Source of the DNA: a bacterium
GTDB lineage: Bacteria > JACRDZ01 > JAQUKH01
Assembly: GCA_028719205.1 (NCBI GenBank)
Contig: JAQUKH010000001.1
Span: 60,603 to 80,602 of the forward strand
Length of the DNA stretch: 20,000 nt
Direction of reading: 5' to 3'
Under the pieces are notes generated by a model. The model did not search any database and was not told the DNA's origin. It was given only the letters and a program-made list of their open reading frames with translations. Made by a program: the position numbers and the translations under genes. Below are positions 18,343-20,000 of the stretch, piece after piece (within the stretch, counting starts at the first letter, position 1; the number at the start of each line of letters is the position of its first letter).

Positions 18343-20000
18343 TTACTTCATAACTTTTACCATTCCCAGAATTTCTGAATCGGAAAGTACACGATTGTAA
18401 ATACGGACATCGTCAATTAGACCAGAGAAATTATAAGTTCCTGTCGTACCATTATAGGTTCCTATATATAACGACACAGGGTAACTCAAGTCAGCCGCCT
18501 GTGCTTGTGAAACAATTTGTCTGCCATCTATATAAACTCTTACCATAGAATCATCATATATCCCCGTAATATGATGCCAATTAGTATCCCAAACAAAGGT
18601 TCCAATCGTCCACTTGTTTCCACCCACCCACATTGCTGGTTGATTAGCAACACCACTCAAATTCACAGCCATTGCATAACCCTGATTATAATAATTTGGA
18701 TTATACTTTTGAATAATAAACTTATAATCTTTTGTATCGGATAATTTAATCCAAGCCGAAATAGTAATATTTTTTGGGTTTAAAACCGCATTATCTGCCA
18801 CACTTATATAATCATCTTTCCCATTAAAGCTATACGCACTATTTTCATTACCAAATCTGTCTGTTGTTAATGTCGCCCCATGGACAACCCCATTATTTCC
18901 GTTCCCGCTTTCATCATTTGCGTTGCCGTTAAATGGATAGTAGGCGACTAATCCTCCAGATTTTTCATTGTTATAAAGATCATTAATTTCAGAATCAGAA
19001 AGTGCATAATTATAAATACGGACATCATCAATAGTTCCATTAAAATAACTCATCATCAAACTGCCATCAAACCAACTTCCTAAAGTTATCATACTTTCGC
19101 CGGATAATGGTGCCGCAGTCGATGTTTTACTAGATTCAAGAACGCCATTTATATATAATTTCTGCAATTTATTCGGATAATCCATAACAGCTGTAATATA
19201 ATACCATTGTCCATTTACAAAATTCTTTTTTGAAGTAACAGGTGTTCTATCTCTTTCATCGCACAATCCTTGTCCATCAGCAAGGAATGCCATTCTGTTT
19301 TGAGAAGAATATTCACTTCCAAAACCTAAATAAACATCTTCGCAAGGCGTTTGATCAGCCACTATAAATAAAGTCTGTCCTCTCCCATTTGAAATCCCAG
19401 TTGGAACACTCAACGGCTTAATCCACATGGACCAAGTATGTCCACTATTCGCATTTCCAATAGCAAATGAATTTTTTCCATAATTAATATAATTATCCAT
19501 ACCGTTAAAATTATATGCGCTATTTTCATTACCAAATCTATCTGTTGTTAATGTCGCCCCATAAACAGTTCCATTATTCCCGTTACCGCTTTCATCATCA
19601 GCATTCCCATTGAAAGGATAATATGCAACTAATCCGGAATTTTCTTTTTGTTGTGATTCTATCTGTTTTATCTTATCTTTTCCAAAATTAATAGATTTTT
19701 CCTTCTCTCTGGTTTCTTTTTCAATTGCTGCAATTTCTAACCGAAGAGATTCCGCTTTTTGCTTTTCATTAATATCTTTTTCTTGCAATTCCATCTGTTT
19801 CAGTTTATCTTTTTGTACCTTAAGTTCTTCCTCTAATTTTAAGCTTGTTTGCTCTGGTTGAGAATCAGAAGGCGATATAAAGACAAACTCTCCGCCCTCA
19901 GATCCCGGTAAGCTGCCAAATTCCGGCGTTTGCTCAGCTATTTCAGCTACTTTTGGCTGTATGTAGGCATTTATTTCTGAAGCAGTGATTATGCCATCGC
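18343..20000 (-). CDS. Caspase-like (C14) domain tail + coiled coil + two LamG/concanavalin-like domains (5' end off window)
   Basis: The frame stays open upstream of 19794 to the window edge: DGIITASEINAYIQPKVAEIAEQTPEFGSLPGSEGGEFVF, a typical C-terminus of bacterial C14 domains. An E/K-rich coil follows, then 2x GLVAYYPFNGNA.DESGNGNNG...F.G.IDDVRIYN..LS.SEI. Confidence 0.85.
   Translation of the reverse strand, partial: DGIITASEINAYIQPKVAEIAEQTPEFGSLPGSEGGEFVFISPSDSQPEQTSLKLEEELKVQKDKLKQMELQEKDINEKQKAESLRLEIAAIEKETREKEKSINFGKDKIKQIESQQKENSGLVAYYPFNGNADDESGNGNNGTVYGATLTTDRFGNENSAYNFNGMDNYINYGKNSFAIGNANSGHTWSMWIKPLSVPTGISNGRGQTLFIVADQTPCEDVYLGFGSEYSSQNRMAFLADGQGLCDERDRTPVTSKKNFVNGQWYYITAVMDYPNKLQKLYINGVLESSKTSTAAPLSGESMITLGSWFDGSLMMSYFNGTIDDVRIYNYALSDSEINDLYNNEKSGGLVAYYPFNGNANDESGNGNNGVVHGATLTTDRFGNENSAYSFNGKDDYISVADNAVLNPKNITISAWIKLSDTKDYKFIIQKYNPNYYNQGYAMAVNLSGVANQPAMWVGGNKWTIGTFVWDTNWHHITGIYDDSMVRVYIDGRQIVSQAQAADLSYPVSLYIGTYNGTTGTYNFSGLIDDVRIYNRVLSDSEILGMVKVMK
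18839..19562. repeat. Near-identical DNA repeat at the starts of the two LamG domains
   Basis: 18839-18881 and 19520-19562 match at 42 of 43 nt (offset 681). Confidence 0.85.

Noticed and set aside
9842-18744. Many short plus-strand ORFs, and also 3953-4138
   Set aside because: They overlap well-supported minus-strand genes or regulatory DNA and have no recognisable domains.
18346-19638. Diversity-generating retroelement TR/VR pair
   Set aside because: Both repeats are in-frame coding, differences are not adenine-specific, and no reverse transcriptase is present.
4056-20000. Craspase, gasdermin or CBASS-type defence locus
   Set aside because: No cas genes, CRISPR array, gasdermin, SAVED or STAND NTPase is visible, and the proteases appear to be exported.

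Overview
AT-rich bacterial DNA with every credible gene on the minus strand. The left 4 kb is a tightly packed block: geranylgeranyl-reductase-like flavoprotein, membrane HD-GYP protein, Cys-less (SxxS) redoxin-TPR protein, and a c554-type multiheme cytochrome that the ORF track missed because it runs off the window. The right 16 kb is a cluster of four caspase-fold (clan CD) protease genes with different repeat or binding domains. These are a caspase-tail/coiled-coil/2xLamG gene (its caspase part lies upstream of the ORF-track start and runs off the window), two tandem paralogous signal-peptide HEAT-TPR-CHAT giants, and a signal-peptide WD40-caspase (C14) protein. The three complete proteases keep His/Cys dyads and carry (T/S)RG(L/I) motifs in loops near the active site, which suggests an exported proteolytic cascade (inference). 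The 0.8 kb spacer holds a near-consensus sigma-54 promoter, an enhancer-like palindrome, a ~120-nt inverted-repeat-closed leader or RNA, a small 2-TM ORF and operator-like palindromes. No rRNA, tRNA, CRISPR array or transposase was seen.
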